The position numbers and the translations under genes are program-made. Under the pieces are notes generated by a model. That model did not search any database and was not told the DNA's origin. It saw nothing but the letters and a program-made list of their open reading frames with translations. From the NCBI GenBank assembly GCA_965153285.1, contig OZ229120.1: a stretch of DNA of 64,000 nt. One strand, written 5' to 3'. Of the stretch, positions 13,594 through 25,420 are shown in pieces; within the stretch, counting starts at the first letter, position 1; the number at the start of each line of letters is the position of its first letter. The DNA is from Podarcis tiliguerta. Lineage: Eukaryota.

Positions 13594-13932
13594 AAGTAAA
13601 GGTAAAGGTACCCCTGCCCATACGGGCCAGTCTTGACAGACTCTAGGGTTGTGCGCTCATCTCACTCTAGAGGCCGGGAGCCAGCACTGTCCGCAGACAC
13701 TTCCGGGTCACGTGGCCAGTGTGACGACGCTGCTCCTGCAAACCGGCACCAGAGCAGCACACGGAAACGCCGTTTACCTTCCCGCTATAAAGCGGTACCT
13801 ATTTATCTACTTGCACTTAAGGGTGCTTTCGAACTGCTAGGTGGGCAGGAGCTGGGACCGAACGACGGGAGCTCACCCCGCCGCGGGGATTCGAACCGCC
13901 GACCATACGATCGGCAAGTCCTAGGCGCTGAG
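13594..13932 (-). mobile_element. Sauria SINE (Squam1), young, slightly 5'-truncated
   Basis: Minus strand has B-box GGTTCGAATCC, a typical body and an ACCTTT-repeat tail; perfect 10-bp TSD GTGATACATA at 13584-13593 and 13933-13942; many CpGs retained. Confidence 0.92.
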
Positions 13933-14384
13933 GTGATACATATTATAAAGTAATTGTAAAGATAAACAATTTCAGCAAGAAGAGGGAAGTTGTTAGGCTA
14001 GCAGATCCAACACCAACCAGAGTTAGGCCCATTGAAAAAAGGATGTTTCCATGTACTAACTAAATACCACCAAGAGCCATTTTACCCTCTGGTCAATGAG
14101 TTCCATGACTTGAGCACAATTGCAAAGAGTCCCATCTACTTATCTGTCATGGTGGAGGGACATGGGGAAGAGTGTCTGCTGGTGAGCTAGGTAGACAATT
14201 GGGCTGCATGCCACACCTTTTACACTGCCACAATTCCTTCTCTCCCTCTCATCATTTTCATAATAGACATTTAATTGAGAGTTATAAATGTTTCCGTTTG
14301 CAACATTTGGATTTTTTTAGTTCAGCTCTCTCCCGGGAATGTCTGTGAGCAGACACATTGTAAACTAAAGACATTCTAATGAGC

Positions 14385-15189
14385 AGATAAAACGCCCACA
14401 ACTCTTAATAGCTGTTTAAAGACCAGGCCTGTGATCTTACACGCAGGGGTTGGGGGGGGATGTTGTTTTTTTGAAGGTGCACAGATTCCATGAGGTGTAT
14501 TCATTGCAGTAGAAGAGTTTTGTAATTTACTAGAATCAATTCTGTGGATTTATTCATTGGTATGTTGCAACCGTTATGAACAAGTAAGCAGACAGCCTGC
14601 TGTGATGAGCACTGACTATTTCTGAGGGGCTACATGCGTGTTGACTGGCAAACACATGTAAGAGGACCCTTGTGCCATTTTTGTGTGTGGTGTTTAGAGC
14701 AGAGAAATCAGAAGGGTGTTTTTTTCAAGGGAATCCATATTTGCACTTCCTAATGTCCATCTGGCAATTCATTATTGTTATGTTGTAAAAATGATTTAGA
14801 GCAAGCAGGGGGTGGGGGGGGGGTGGAGAGACTTATCCCAAATAAAAGCTTGCCTCTAAGAACCATTTTTTTTAAAAAAAGAAACTTCTAAGGAACAGCC
14901 AGGTGCTGTCAAAAGTGGGGCTGGTATCTCAGTTGGTGGCAGGCTTTCTGCTGAGTCAGCATTGCCTGGCCTCTGCCTTCAGTGCCATCTCTGGAAGTCT
15001 GTAGCCCTCTAGATGAAATGCAAAACCAAAATATTGGTTACTTAGAATTTCACGGCCTGTTATACAAGAGTGACTGTATTACTTCCAAAGTCTAAAGTGT
15101 GGGGAGGGGGGAGTCAGGCTCTAGTAATTATATTCTGCCGTTCAGTTTCTGCTGGCTGCATCACACATCATTTCCTGCTCTAAAAATAG
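14385..15189. promoter_or_regulatory. Candidate enhancer: GATA, RUNX, ETS, MARE/AP-1, MEF2
   Basis: AGATAA 14385, TGTGGT 14686, CACTTCCT 14744, TGCTGAGTCAGCA 14949-14961, ATTTCCTG 15170-15177, CTAAAAATAG 15180-15189. Confidence 0.5.
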
Positions 15190-15943
15190 TTGCTGGCAAA
15201 GGATAATTCTGATGTTTCCACCCTAGAGGTAGCCGCAGCTTGAGAGAGCAAAAAAAAAAACTTTAAAAAATTCTTTTTTAAAAAAAGAACTGGTGGGGTA
15301 TTTTAATTATGTCCATACAAAATATGATACATTTAATTTTTATCGTAAGCAGCTTTGCTTCTCATTTTAACAGAAAAGCTGGATATAAATAATAAAGGAA
15401 AACTTCTTTTCCCTAAAACTTGTGGCACATGCTTTTTTTTCCAGATGTACGTGCAACAGACTTTGTTCCTCAAGTGCAAACTTAAACATGGAAAGTGTAA
15501 CTGAGACAGACCTGTGCTTGCAGATGTGTGTGTGTGTTGTGCAGGTGCACGCATTTGGGAGTCAGGATATGCTGTGGCTTCCTATTAAGTAGATGCTCAG
15601 CATCAGGCTCAGTAAGAGGTGGTGCATATGCATTTATTTCCATGCGTCTTCTCGTCTGCTTCTGACGTTGGGGATGGAGGTGCTTCCTTTATCTGTGGAA
15701 GGACAGAGAAGGGCTGAATTCACAGCTGCCACTGCCCCCTTTTCTCCTTTCCCAACTCAATTCAGGTAATGGCACCAGAAGTAAAGGGATAAAGGGTCTG
15801 GAACCACCAACTGCAGGAAGCGGGGAAAGAATCCAGTGCCTCTTTCCTTTTAACGTGATAAAGTGGTGGGAGGGTGAAAACCACGCAATATGCCAGTCAC
15901 GAGGATTGTAGTTTTTACCCTCCCACCAGGGAGGTTTTCTTTT

Positions 15944-16089
15944 CAGTGGCGTAGCGTGGGGGGTGCAGGGGGGGCGGCCGCACCGGGCACAACATCTGGG
16001 GGTTAGGGTTAGGGGGTGCAAATCCATGGGTTAGGGGGCGCAAATTACTTGCCTTGCCCCGGGTGCTGACAACCCACGCTACGCCACTG
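15944..16089. mobile_element. Young 146-bp hAT-type MITE containing TTAGGG repeats
   Basis: Perfect 17-bp TIR CAGTGGCGTAGCGTGGG; 8-bp TSD TTTCTTTT (15936-15943, 16090-16097); internal GGGTTAGGGTTAGGG. Confidence 0.9.
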
Positions 16090-17332
16090 TTTCTTTTCTC
16101 AAAAATTCTGCATGGGTTCCCTGATTTGGTATCTGGACCTTGGCATACAAGGCTAGGGGTGGGGTGGGTTTTTTTAATCCTTTGCTCCACAGTGTAGATC
16201 TCATCAATAGCAAGGCCCACACACTATTTGCCACTGAGACGAAGGAAACCCTATTTGGATATGGCTTCAGTATCCCCATGATATACTGCAGAGTGAGGTG
16301 TAGAATGAAACATTAGGGAATGGACAATACATACAGCTAATGTGGAAAGTAATCCTGTATTTTTTTTAAAAAAAATAAAAATCATGAATATTATGTTCTT
16401 AAACACTTAGCACAGTGGAGAGCTGAAAATTGTGACAACGTTACAAGTACAAAAAGCAGGCTGATGAAATCCACAGAGATTAGCAGCCCCAGTCTGCAGA
16501 GACACAACTGAGAAAAGCCATCTATGGCCATGTTGCAGTAGAAGCGACGGCGATTGGCTGCTGTCATTTGGTCTTTGCCAGAATAGACAACAGGTGCAGA
16601 GTCGCTGACAGGTGTGGATATCTAGGATAAGTAAAATTGCTGATGCCTAGTGATGTAGCCTTATGTCAGATTGTAAACTGCTGAGCTCTCACGGAACAGG
16701 GAGCCAACTTGCATGTTTTCAGATCACTTGATGTGCCCTCGTTCACTCCCTCCTCCCCACAGAGGCTCTTGATGAATGTCTGGATGACTAAACTCAATCC
16801 CTGCCAGTGCCCCAGGATGTTGGTGTGTCTGTGGGCATAGCCCACCAGATATGTATCCTGCATTAAGTCTCTTGAGATTAAGAGAGGGGTTGTGTGTCTT
16901 GCATTCCGGTTCAAGGAGACTTGCGCAGAAGAAGTTTCCATCCTAGGAAACTGTGCCCTACGAACGTTGTTGTCGTCATTTTTGTCAGTTGGTGACTTCC
17001 CCTTTTTAAAAATAATTTTTATTAGAGTTTATAAAGAGAAACACAAAACTTAGTCTCAAATATCTTTTTTCTTCCAACATTAATCTAAGATAAAAACATG
17101 AAGAAAAAGGAAAGAAGGAAAGAGACAAAAAATAGAGATAGAAAAATGAGGAAAACTTTTAATCTTTTCTATTTCCTCTTGAAAGTTGGTGATTTTCCTT
17201 AATGATTACAAGTTGGGGTTCAGTAATGTTTAAAATTTACTTTACAAGTTCATACCTGTTAATATTAAGGCAGAAGGTTGAGAAAACGTATTGCATTAGA
17301 GCATTATGAACATCCTGGAATTTGAAATGAGA

Positions 17333-17490
17333 TTCAGAATTGGAGAGTTGGAAGGGATCTCAAGAGTTATCTAGTCCAAACCCCCCCCCCTGCAATGCAG
17401 GAATTCTGCCCACTGCTGTCCCTGGGTGGGCTCGAACCAGCAACCTTTTGGTTAACAGCCAGGCACACTGCCCCATTGTGCCATAGAAGA
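17333..17490 (-). mobile_element. SINE with tRNA-Asn(GTT)-derived head and CR1-type 3' tail
   Basis: Minus strand tggcacaatggggcagtgtgcctggctGTTaaccaaaaggttgctggttcgagcccacccagggac (tRNA-Asn-like), then attcctgcattgcagggg..ttggactagat..cccttccaactct. Confidence 0.8.
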
Positions 17491-17601
17491 GTCTGTGTAA
17501 TAAGCTGAGATATATGGTTGTAGCCAACAAAGTCATTGTGTGAGTAGAACAACTTTCGCTCCTTCTCCTGCCCCTGCACAAATATTCCAAATATGCTCTG
17601 G

Positions 17602-17804
17602 TAGGGCTGCCATATGTCCGGATTTTCCCAGACATTACTGGGATTTCTAAGGTGGAATTGACGTCTGGGGGGGGGGGGTGATTTCTGAAAGGCGGGTGCT
17701 TTGTCCTGGATCTAAGGCAAGTCAGTCGGTTTTTTTGGTGTTTGTCTTAAAAAAAGCTCAATAACTTTCCCCTTGCTTTTACTTTTGGAAATATGGCAAC
17801 CTTA
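17602..17804. mobile_element. hAT-type MITE
   Basis: TIRs TAGGGCTGCCATAT / ATATGGCAACCTTA; 8-bp TSD TGCTCTGG (17594-17601, 17805-17812); related fragment at about 22654-22762. Confidence 0.85.
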
Positions 17805-19369
17805 TGCTCTGGCATTTCCCCAGCTATCCAGAGCAGATTTGGTTGACTGTGAGTAGCACAAGGAAGAGGAGAGGAGAGGGGAGGGGAGGGAAAGCTCCAT
17901 TGCACAAATAGAAGTCATTCTGTTCAAACAATGACTTCACTGGGATTCAAACCTTAGATTAGGAATCAATGACTGGAGCCAAACGGTCACTTGATCAGTA
18001 CAACCTGGATCTTTAGTAGCCATACCAGAAATGACAATGGGATATGGAGGCAGTGGCAGCTGTAGCAATTGTTTACAGTCCACCTTGCTAATAGATGGTG
18101 TTCAAGAAATAAAAGCAAAGCAAAAGCACATATCTTTTTCCAATTCCAGTTTGCATCTGTGTGTAGCTTTGCAGATGTTGAATTATCAGCTTGTCACATT
18201 GCCTGTGCTGTGCTTACTTAAATAAGCAAGCACTGTTGCTGAACATTGAGTGTAGATCTGGCCACTTTGACTGCATTGAATTGTCAATGATGAATTTGTT
18301 CAAATGAAATCCTAAAAGTTTATATCTTTTAAAACTACATCATAAAACGCACCAGTTTTTAAACAGTGTTTTGAGTGACTAAGAGCTACTGCTCAGAAAT
18401 GCTATCTAACACCTTTATTGAACTTTCTGCATTACCAAATACAGTGGCAGCCTCTGTACTCACAGTAGAGGTGGACTGGGAATATACTGCACAGATTTCT
18501 GCCTCCTTGAGTTACTTGAGACATAAATCTTCCTAATGGGAGCAAGGAGCGTAAGACCTGGCTGGCCTTCAATGACAGAGAAAGACATTTCAGATCTGCA
18601 GCAAGAAGCAATGACCAAGGGAAATAGGCTTCCCCCAGCACTTGAGGGTTCGTTCCCTTCCTACACACTGTGTCACGAGGAAGGATTTTTAAAAGAGTGG
18701 CACTTTGAGCCCTTGTGGTTTTGTTGCGTTGATTATCCAGGCTACTGAAATCTGAAAAGAAGAGACCCATTAGATTACTGTTCACCTGATGGAGTGCAAA
18801 AGTGACTCTAGGAGTAGGTTTTTTAAAATCATTTTCCTGGGTAATGCAAGAAACTAAAATATACAAAATTCAGAATGAGCAGTCCAGGACTTCACAATCT
18901 CCTGCTATACAGTGTTCCCTTGCAAGGTTCCCACTGTGTTTAATAGGACTTACCATACATCCAGGTATGGATCCCCTGATAATAGTCTCATTCTTTAAAA
19001 AGAGCCATTCAGAGAAAGTTGTCACAAACAAGTTGGAGAGACATTTTAATTTTATAGTCAAATTAAAAACAGAGCGTTCAAAACAAAGGTAAAAATTAAC
19101 AGAGCTTGAGGCTGTCAGAAAAAAATAACACCTTGCTCTTCATTTGCCAAGACAAGGAAGACAAGGAGCAAACTTTACTACCTTAGTGCTGTTTGATTCC
19201 TTCTGCAGACAGCCATGCAAGGGGCTTCAGTAACAACAACATCCCTAGCAGTTTTTCCCCTCCCCTTTAGGCATTTTGCCTACTATTTAAACTCAAGTTA
19301 AAGCAGAGACATTTCAACTGGCTTGAGGCATGTATCTGAAGGTCCCAAAAATTGCGCAAGTGATGTGGT

Positions 19370-19562
19370 GATCCAATGTGGTGTAATAGTGAGGGGAAAA
19401 TCCATGCTCAAATGACCACACCATTGTGAAGTTCAGCGGGTGATCTTGGGCCAGTCACTGTCTTTTAGCCAAGCTTACCTCTAAGGGTTCTGAGAAGATA
19501 AAATGAGAAGGGAGGGGAGGGGAGATCCATACATACCACCTTGAGCTCCTTGAAGGAAAGGC
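19370..19562 (+). mobile_element. Decayed MIR/CORE-type (Squam3-like) SINE; other copies at ~26845-26965 (+) and ~48740-48940 (-)
   Basis: ccaatgtggtgtaatag head; gggtgatcttgggccagtcact core; ccttgagctcctt..gaaaggc tail. Confidence 0.6.
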
Positions 19563-19676
19563 AGTGGTGGCAACCTGGCTTTCAAGCATCCCCCCCATAG
19601 AGTGGCCCATGTTGCACCGATGCTATGATTCTGTCAGCATGGAATTAAAAATTATTTTTTTATGTAGGTTAATTTA

Positions 19677-19935
19677 CCATATTTTTTGCTCTATAAGACT
19701 CAATTTTTCCCTCCTAAAAAGTAAGGGGAAATGTGTGTGCGTCTTATGGAGCGAATGCAGGCTGCGCAACTACCCCAGAATCTAGAACAGCAAGAGGGAT
19801 TGCTGCTTTCACTGCGCAGCGATCCCTCTTGCTGTTCTGGCTTCTGAGATTCAGAATATTTTTTTCCTTGTTTTCCTCCTCCAAAAACTAGGTGCGTCTT
19901 GTGGTCTGTTGCGTCTTATAGAGCGAAAAATACCG
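19677..19935. mobile_element. Tc1/mariner (pogo/Tigger-like) MITE with internal hairpin
   Basis: TIRs ccatattttttgctctataagac / gtcttatagagcgaaaaataccg, both flanked by TA; internal 23-bp inverted repeat at about 19784-19838. Confidence 0.85.
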
Positions 19936-20839
19936 TAATTTATTGCAAGTATCACTTTATCATCATATTCTATCAACAGATAGATTTTAGAAATCCTAAA
20001 AGAGACACAGAAATAAGGAAATAAAAGAAACAAAGAGAGAAGGCCTATCCCCTCCCAATGCACTCCTATATTTAAGATCTTAGTAAGAGGAAAGTGTATG
20101 TTGTGTATATGTAGACACAGGCATGTTGAGCTGCTCAGTTATGCTTTAGCATTACTTATAAGTAAATACATCAATTTTTCTGTTGAATTTAGAGCTTGTG
20201 TGTGGGACAAAGAAAGAATCTGCATCCAGAAGTTCTATCCATTTCGAAGCTCATTCACTGTCTTCTTTGATAAACATAATTAATAATGTGTTGTTTGTAT
20301 TTAACGATGTTTTAAAGGTCTCTTCTTGTGTTATAATTTGGGCGTAAGGGTGAGAGTAGCCTAGTGACTTGAAATTGTAACCTGGCCAGTACTGACTTAA
20401 CTGGACAGTGTATCCTGACTTAACTTTTAGTTCTGCCCTGAGAAGTAGCAAGAGAGAGAGTGCCTGCTGATTGACACAAAAGCTATTACAGGCTTAAAAC
20501 TGCACTACCTTGAAAACTGCCTGTTGTTGTTTCTGGGATCATCATTCTGTTCACAGAGAAGTGCTAGCAGCTCCCTACTTGATCAAATCCATTACCCTTT
20601 CTGTGTGCTAAAAAAGATGTGAATGCTGAAATTTTTAACCCACTGATGTTTCCGTTGCAGGCATAATCACAGATGGTAGCACAGACATTTTATTAGATTG
20701 TATACTCTCTGCATTTATTGACTGACTCCAGATTCAGACGAGGTCACCGTGGCTTCTCTCTTTGCCGCTGGTAACAAGAGCCGTAGTTTGTTGACCTAAT
20801 GTGTTTCTCTCCTCTTTCTCTCCCTGATGTAAAATGTAA

Positions 20840-21109
<270 letters not shown>

Positions 21110-21110
21110 T

Positions 21111-21282
21111 NNNNNNNNNNNNNNNNNNNNNNNNNNNNNNNNNNNNNNNNNNNNNNNNNNNNNNNNNNNNNNNNNNNNNNNNNNNNNNNNNNNNNNNNNN
21201 NNNNNNNNNNNNNNNNNNNNNNNNNNNNNNNNNNNNNNNNNNNNNNNNNNNNNNNNNNNNNNNNNNNNNNNNNNNNNNNNNN
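21111..21282. other. MEF2C: Sequence gap (172 N), probably containing the MEF2C alpha2 exon
   Basis: The N run starts within a pyrimidine tract 28 nt after the alpha1 donor and ends immediately before GTAAGT (21283). Alpha2 sits at this position in vertebrate MEF2C. The exon itself is not visible. Confidence 0.75.
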
Positions 21283-24200
21283 GTAAGTACCAAAGGTTAG
21301 ATGGCTGTCTGCTGATAACCGCTGCAGTAACACATCCTAACCCTTTCAGTTCTGGTTTCTTCCAAAAATGCAAATTCAGTGGGGGACCCATTTTAATAGC
21401 TCCCACTTGAAACCAAATTGCATGTAGGACATACCGCACCAATGTATATATTTTGGTCCTGAGGTGTGTGAAGTTCCTTAAAAAGATTTGTTTGACAAAC
21501 CAGAGGCAAAGCCTAAAGAAGGAAGTTAAAAAATGTACGTTACATACAGGAGATTTTCAGAATTCTGGTTTACCACACTACCTACCCCCAAAATGTATTT
21601 AGAAGACATCTGGGAACCTCGCTGTGGGCAGTTTAACATACTCACAGGCAACTTTCTGTGGGTCTAAAGGGAGGAAAAAAGAATGGCTTCAAGTTGAATT
21701 AGAGAACGTGCATCCTGCTACCACTATTATTAAAGCTATGCTCTAAACTCAGTTACCACACTGAAGGGTTACGTAGCTAATTGCTGGTTGCAGGAAAACA
21801 GACTGCATGAGAGCCTAATGGTAGCATTCAGTCACGTTGGCGTGTTGGAGGTGATTTTTACAGCTTTATCAGAAGATTTGCTTTGACCCCATCAGCATTC
21901 CTCTTAACGCTTTAACAAGCGCTAAATTTTGTTTTAACCAAGACAGAATTTCTAACAGTCATATGCCTTGCCAGATACTTAAAGAGAAATAACTCTGCAT
22001 GTAGCTATTTTGTTTGCACAGACATAAAGAGGCAAACTTCACATGAATACTGTAAGCATTACATAAGTACAATTAAGTATTGTTTGCGTGTACTATATTT
22101 GGTCGCAAATTTCAGAAGGGCACTTGTTTTCTAGGCAAAACAACCAAGATCCCTGTGACATCTTAAAAGGTTTAACAAATATACCTTGTCATAAATGTGG
22201 ATTAGACTCTGCTCTGTGAAAGCTTATGTCACAATAAACGTGCAAAGTCTTTTAGATATCACAGGGGCCAATGTTAAATTCTGTAGCATTGTGTTTGTGA
22301 CACTGATTTAGGGGGGGGGGAATCCATAGGTGATTTCATTCTCATAAAGGGACAGTTTTTAAGAGAAGAAACTTCAGACAAATTCACACATGATAGCATA
22401 CTGCAGGGGTCAGGTCATTATGAAAACTTGAGCTCCTTATCTCTTTCACGTTAGGCAGTTACCGGTGGGGACCAAGCTTGCAGGGAGAGGAATATGTCAA
22501 CTTACCATGGCTCTCACTTAAACCAAATCTGTAAACTGTCCTTTAAAGTTTGTAGGCTATGCTAATTTACCCCATACTTGAGATAAGATTGTTCCAGTTG
22601 TGCCTTTTTGGACACTGAAGCAACGCATGAATCTGTGTGGACAGAAAGTTACTTAGGGTTGCCGTATGTATGGAATTTTCCAGACATAGCTGGTATTCAG
22701 CGCTTGTAAACAGTGTCCAGGCAGAACTTGCTAAAAAGCCTGGGAAAATCCAGACACATGGCATGGAACAAGCAGAAGTGTGGATGCGCCCAAAGAGAGG
22801 TAACATTCCATGTTCTAGATGTGCCATTTGGTCTGTTTTGCAAGCCTCTTGTTCTGACCGTGCAAGCCCAAGTGATCTGCAACATTGGATTACACTTCCA
22901 GAAGTGAACAGGCCGTCATTTGGCACAAACAATTTGAGTACTAGGAGACACAAAAATCTGTGCCTGAAAAAAATATGTATTCTCCATATGCAAAATGTGC
23001 CCAGCCACTTGTGTACACACAGTCCATTACATGTGCAAAAGCTGACATCCAGATGGGAGACATTTGCTCTTCAGAATTTCTGCCACAATTTGGAAAAAAA
23101 AAAATAGACTTTTTGTAACTCATTCCTATGGGAGCAGATCTTTCATGTACGTTAAAGAACACTTTACTGAATTGATCTGGCCTTTGTAGTAAAAGTCATG
23201 CTTTCGCAAACTTTTGGAAAACTTAATGTTTTACCCAGGAGACCAGAACAGCTCCAAATTGGACCAGTGTTCCATTTCAGAGCACTTTTTTCCGAAATGC
23301 TTAACATGTGTATTCAATTTTTAATTGAATGCATGCGCACTTGTGTTTCCCTTTCCACTCACGCTCTTCTCACTTGCCTAATTCCATATGTCGGAAGGAG
23401 AGCTTTGAAGCTGCCACTGTGATTTTAGCAAGCCAAGCTCCGACACGGAGGTATTGCTCAATAATGAAACAGCTATAGCCTTTTACTGAATCAGTGGTCT
23501 TGTGAAACCTCCAACCCTTCTTTCTTCACCAGGTGGAAACCTTGCCACTGAAGGCCTTTCCTCTTTCTTTGTTAAACTATGGTAGGGGAACTAAAAGAGA
23601 TAATCTCTGTTCAAATAGAATTCCAACAAGGTATCCAGATTTAAGAAAGAACTGAGGTCCTGTGCCCTTTGTGGGTGGGTAGAATTTCAGCAGGTACATC
23701 TCCTCTTGCAATGCGGAGTCATATTGGAGCAGACCAAAGGTCCATCTACTGTAAGCTTAACATCCTGTTTTCCATTGAGGCCAACCAGACATTTCCTGCA
23801 CTGAGGGCAATAATTCTCTACTGTGGCTTCCTCTCACACTGTCTCTGCGCATGAAGTTCTGTAGAGCCATCATGGACTTGTTCACTCACCTTTTAAAGCT
23901 ATCTGACCTAATAGCATTGCCCACATTTAATGCAAGGGAATTCCATTCAGTCCGTGAAATGTAAAGAAGTGTTTATTTTGTTTGCTGTGAATCTGCTGCT
24001 AGTCACTGCTAACAGTGGGAGGTAAGGTAATAGTGGGAGAAGCTTGATTTCCTTGAATTCCACCCTTTAATGCTGGAATTATTATCACAGCCCTTCCAAG
24101 TTATGTCAAGCCACATAGGTTGCTATGTGCCCTCAGAGACTTTCCCTAATGCCCCAGGGTCTTTTCCCCCTGTCCTTCCCTTTGCTGAACGAGCCACATT

Positions 24201-25257
24201 TGGCCAATAGAAGGCTTTTTAAAAAGGCTAATTGCAGTGGGGGGGGCATTTGTGGGGTCAGATTACTGTGCACCTGAGGTGATTAAAACAGTTTCTCGGA
24301 GTTGAAAATGTACCCCTGGTCTTGCCTGTGTTGCATCTCAGCAATTTCAGAGTCCAGGGTCCAAGTCTATTGACTTTTCCGTGTAAAAGACAGTAGTCTT
24401 CCAAAAAGTTCAATCTCTTTACTTTAAAAAGTGGGGAGGAGCACATCGAGAATAACAGAAACAACAGCAGCAAGAACAGCAGTATCAAATTTACTTTTTT
24501 ATTTAAAAAATCAGAAATCCATGTCTGGCAGCATACTTTTCTAATCTGAATTATACATGGTGGCATATTTTTGTGAATGGACTCAATTGAAGCATCTAGC
24601 ACCACCTCCAGGGTAGATGTGGTAAAAAGCTTGTTTATTTGCTTATTGCTTAGTTAGTACATGTTTTTAGCCCCCTTTTTCAGATAACTAGAAAGACGGA
24701 CAAGGGAAGAAGAGAGGAGGGGAAAGGCAGAGGAGGTGGTCACTTATTCTGGGACAAAATAAAGCAGTGAACTACATCAACTTCTATCTTGTTTGGGCCA
24801 GGCTGGTCTTCCCTTGCTGGTGTTCTTGCTTGAATAGCTGTTCATGACACTTGTTCCCTTGGCAAAGTGTTCCCCCCCCTCTTGCTTCTGAAACTGGCCC
24901 TTGGAGCAGAGTGTTCTTTCTGGCAGGAAGGGGGAAAGCATGTTTCCTCCAGCTGTTCCATCTTTGGCTGATGGACAGGGCCAGTTTGTCTCCCAGTAGC
25001 TGTGATATTCTTCCTTGTCAAGATTGCGTTCACTCAAATTATTCCCGATCTCTTCTTCTGCCCTTCCTCTGGGCCAATAAAGTATTGCATCGGTGTTAAA
25101 TACTGAGCAGCCTCATCCAACACTGCCAGTGGCCTTTCCTACTGCTGTTGAAAAAATCTGTTCTGCTTGTCTAGAGTTCAGGGAAACTGCGCATGGCCAT
25201 TCCACCCTCTGCAGGGCTGGTGTTTGTGACTAGCATCTCATCTGTCTCCATTTGGAG

Positions 25258-25420
25258 CATAAGAATCTGCCTTGCATTGAATCAGAGCAACAGTCCATCT
25301 GCCCTGACTCTCCAGAGTTTTAGGCAAGAGACATTTGCAGCCCTCCCAAGAGAGACCAGCTATTGAACCTGGGACATTCTGCATTCAGAGCTGATGCTGT
25401 ATCACTGAGCTACTGTCCTT
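25258..25420 (-). mobile_element. Decayed Squam2-like SINE; further copies at ~34820-35095 (-), ~55775-55945 (-), ~27515-27670 (+), ~61495-61770 (+)
   Basis: ttgaacctgggac (B-box) and cactgagctac (A-box) on the complementary strand, with a tail like the other copies. Confidence 0.65.

Noticed and set aside
17417-17490. Functional tRNA-Asn gene
   Set aside because: D-arm and acceptor stem are mutated and it is fused to a CR1 tail; treated as a SINE head
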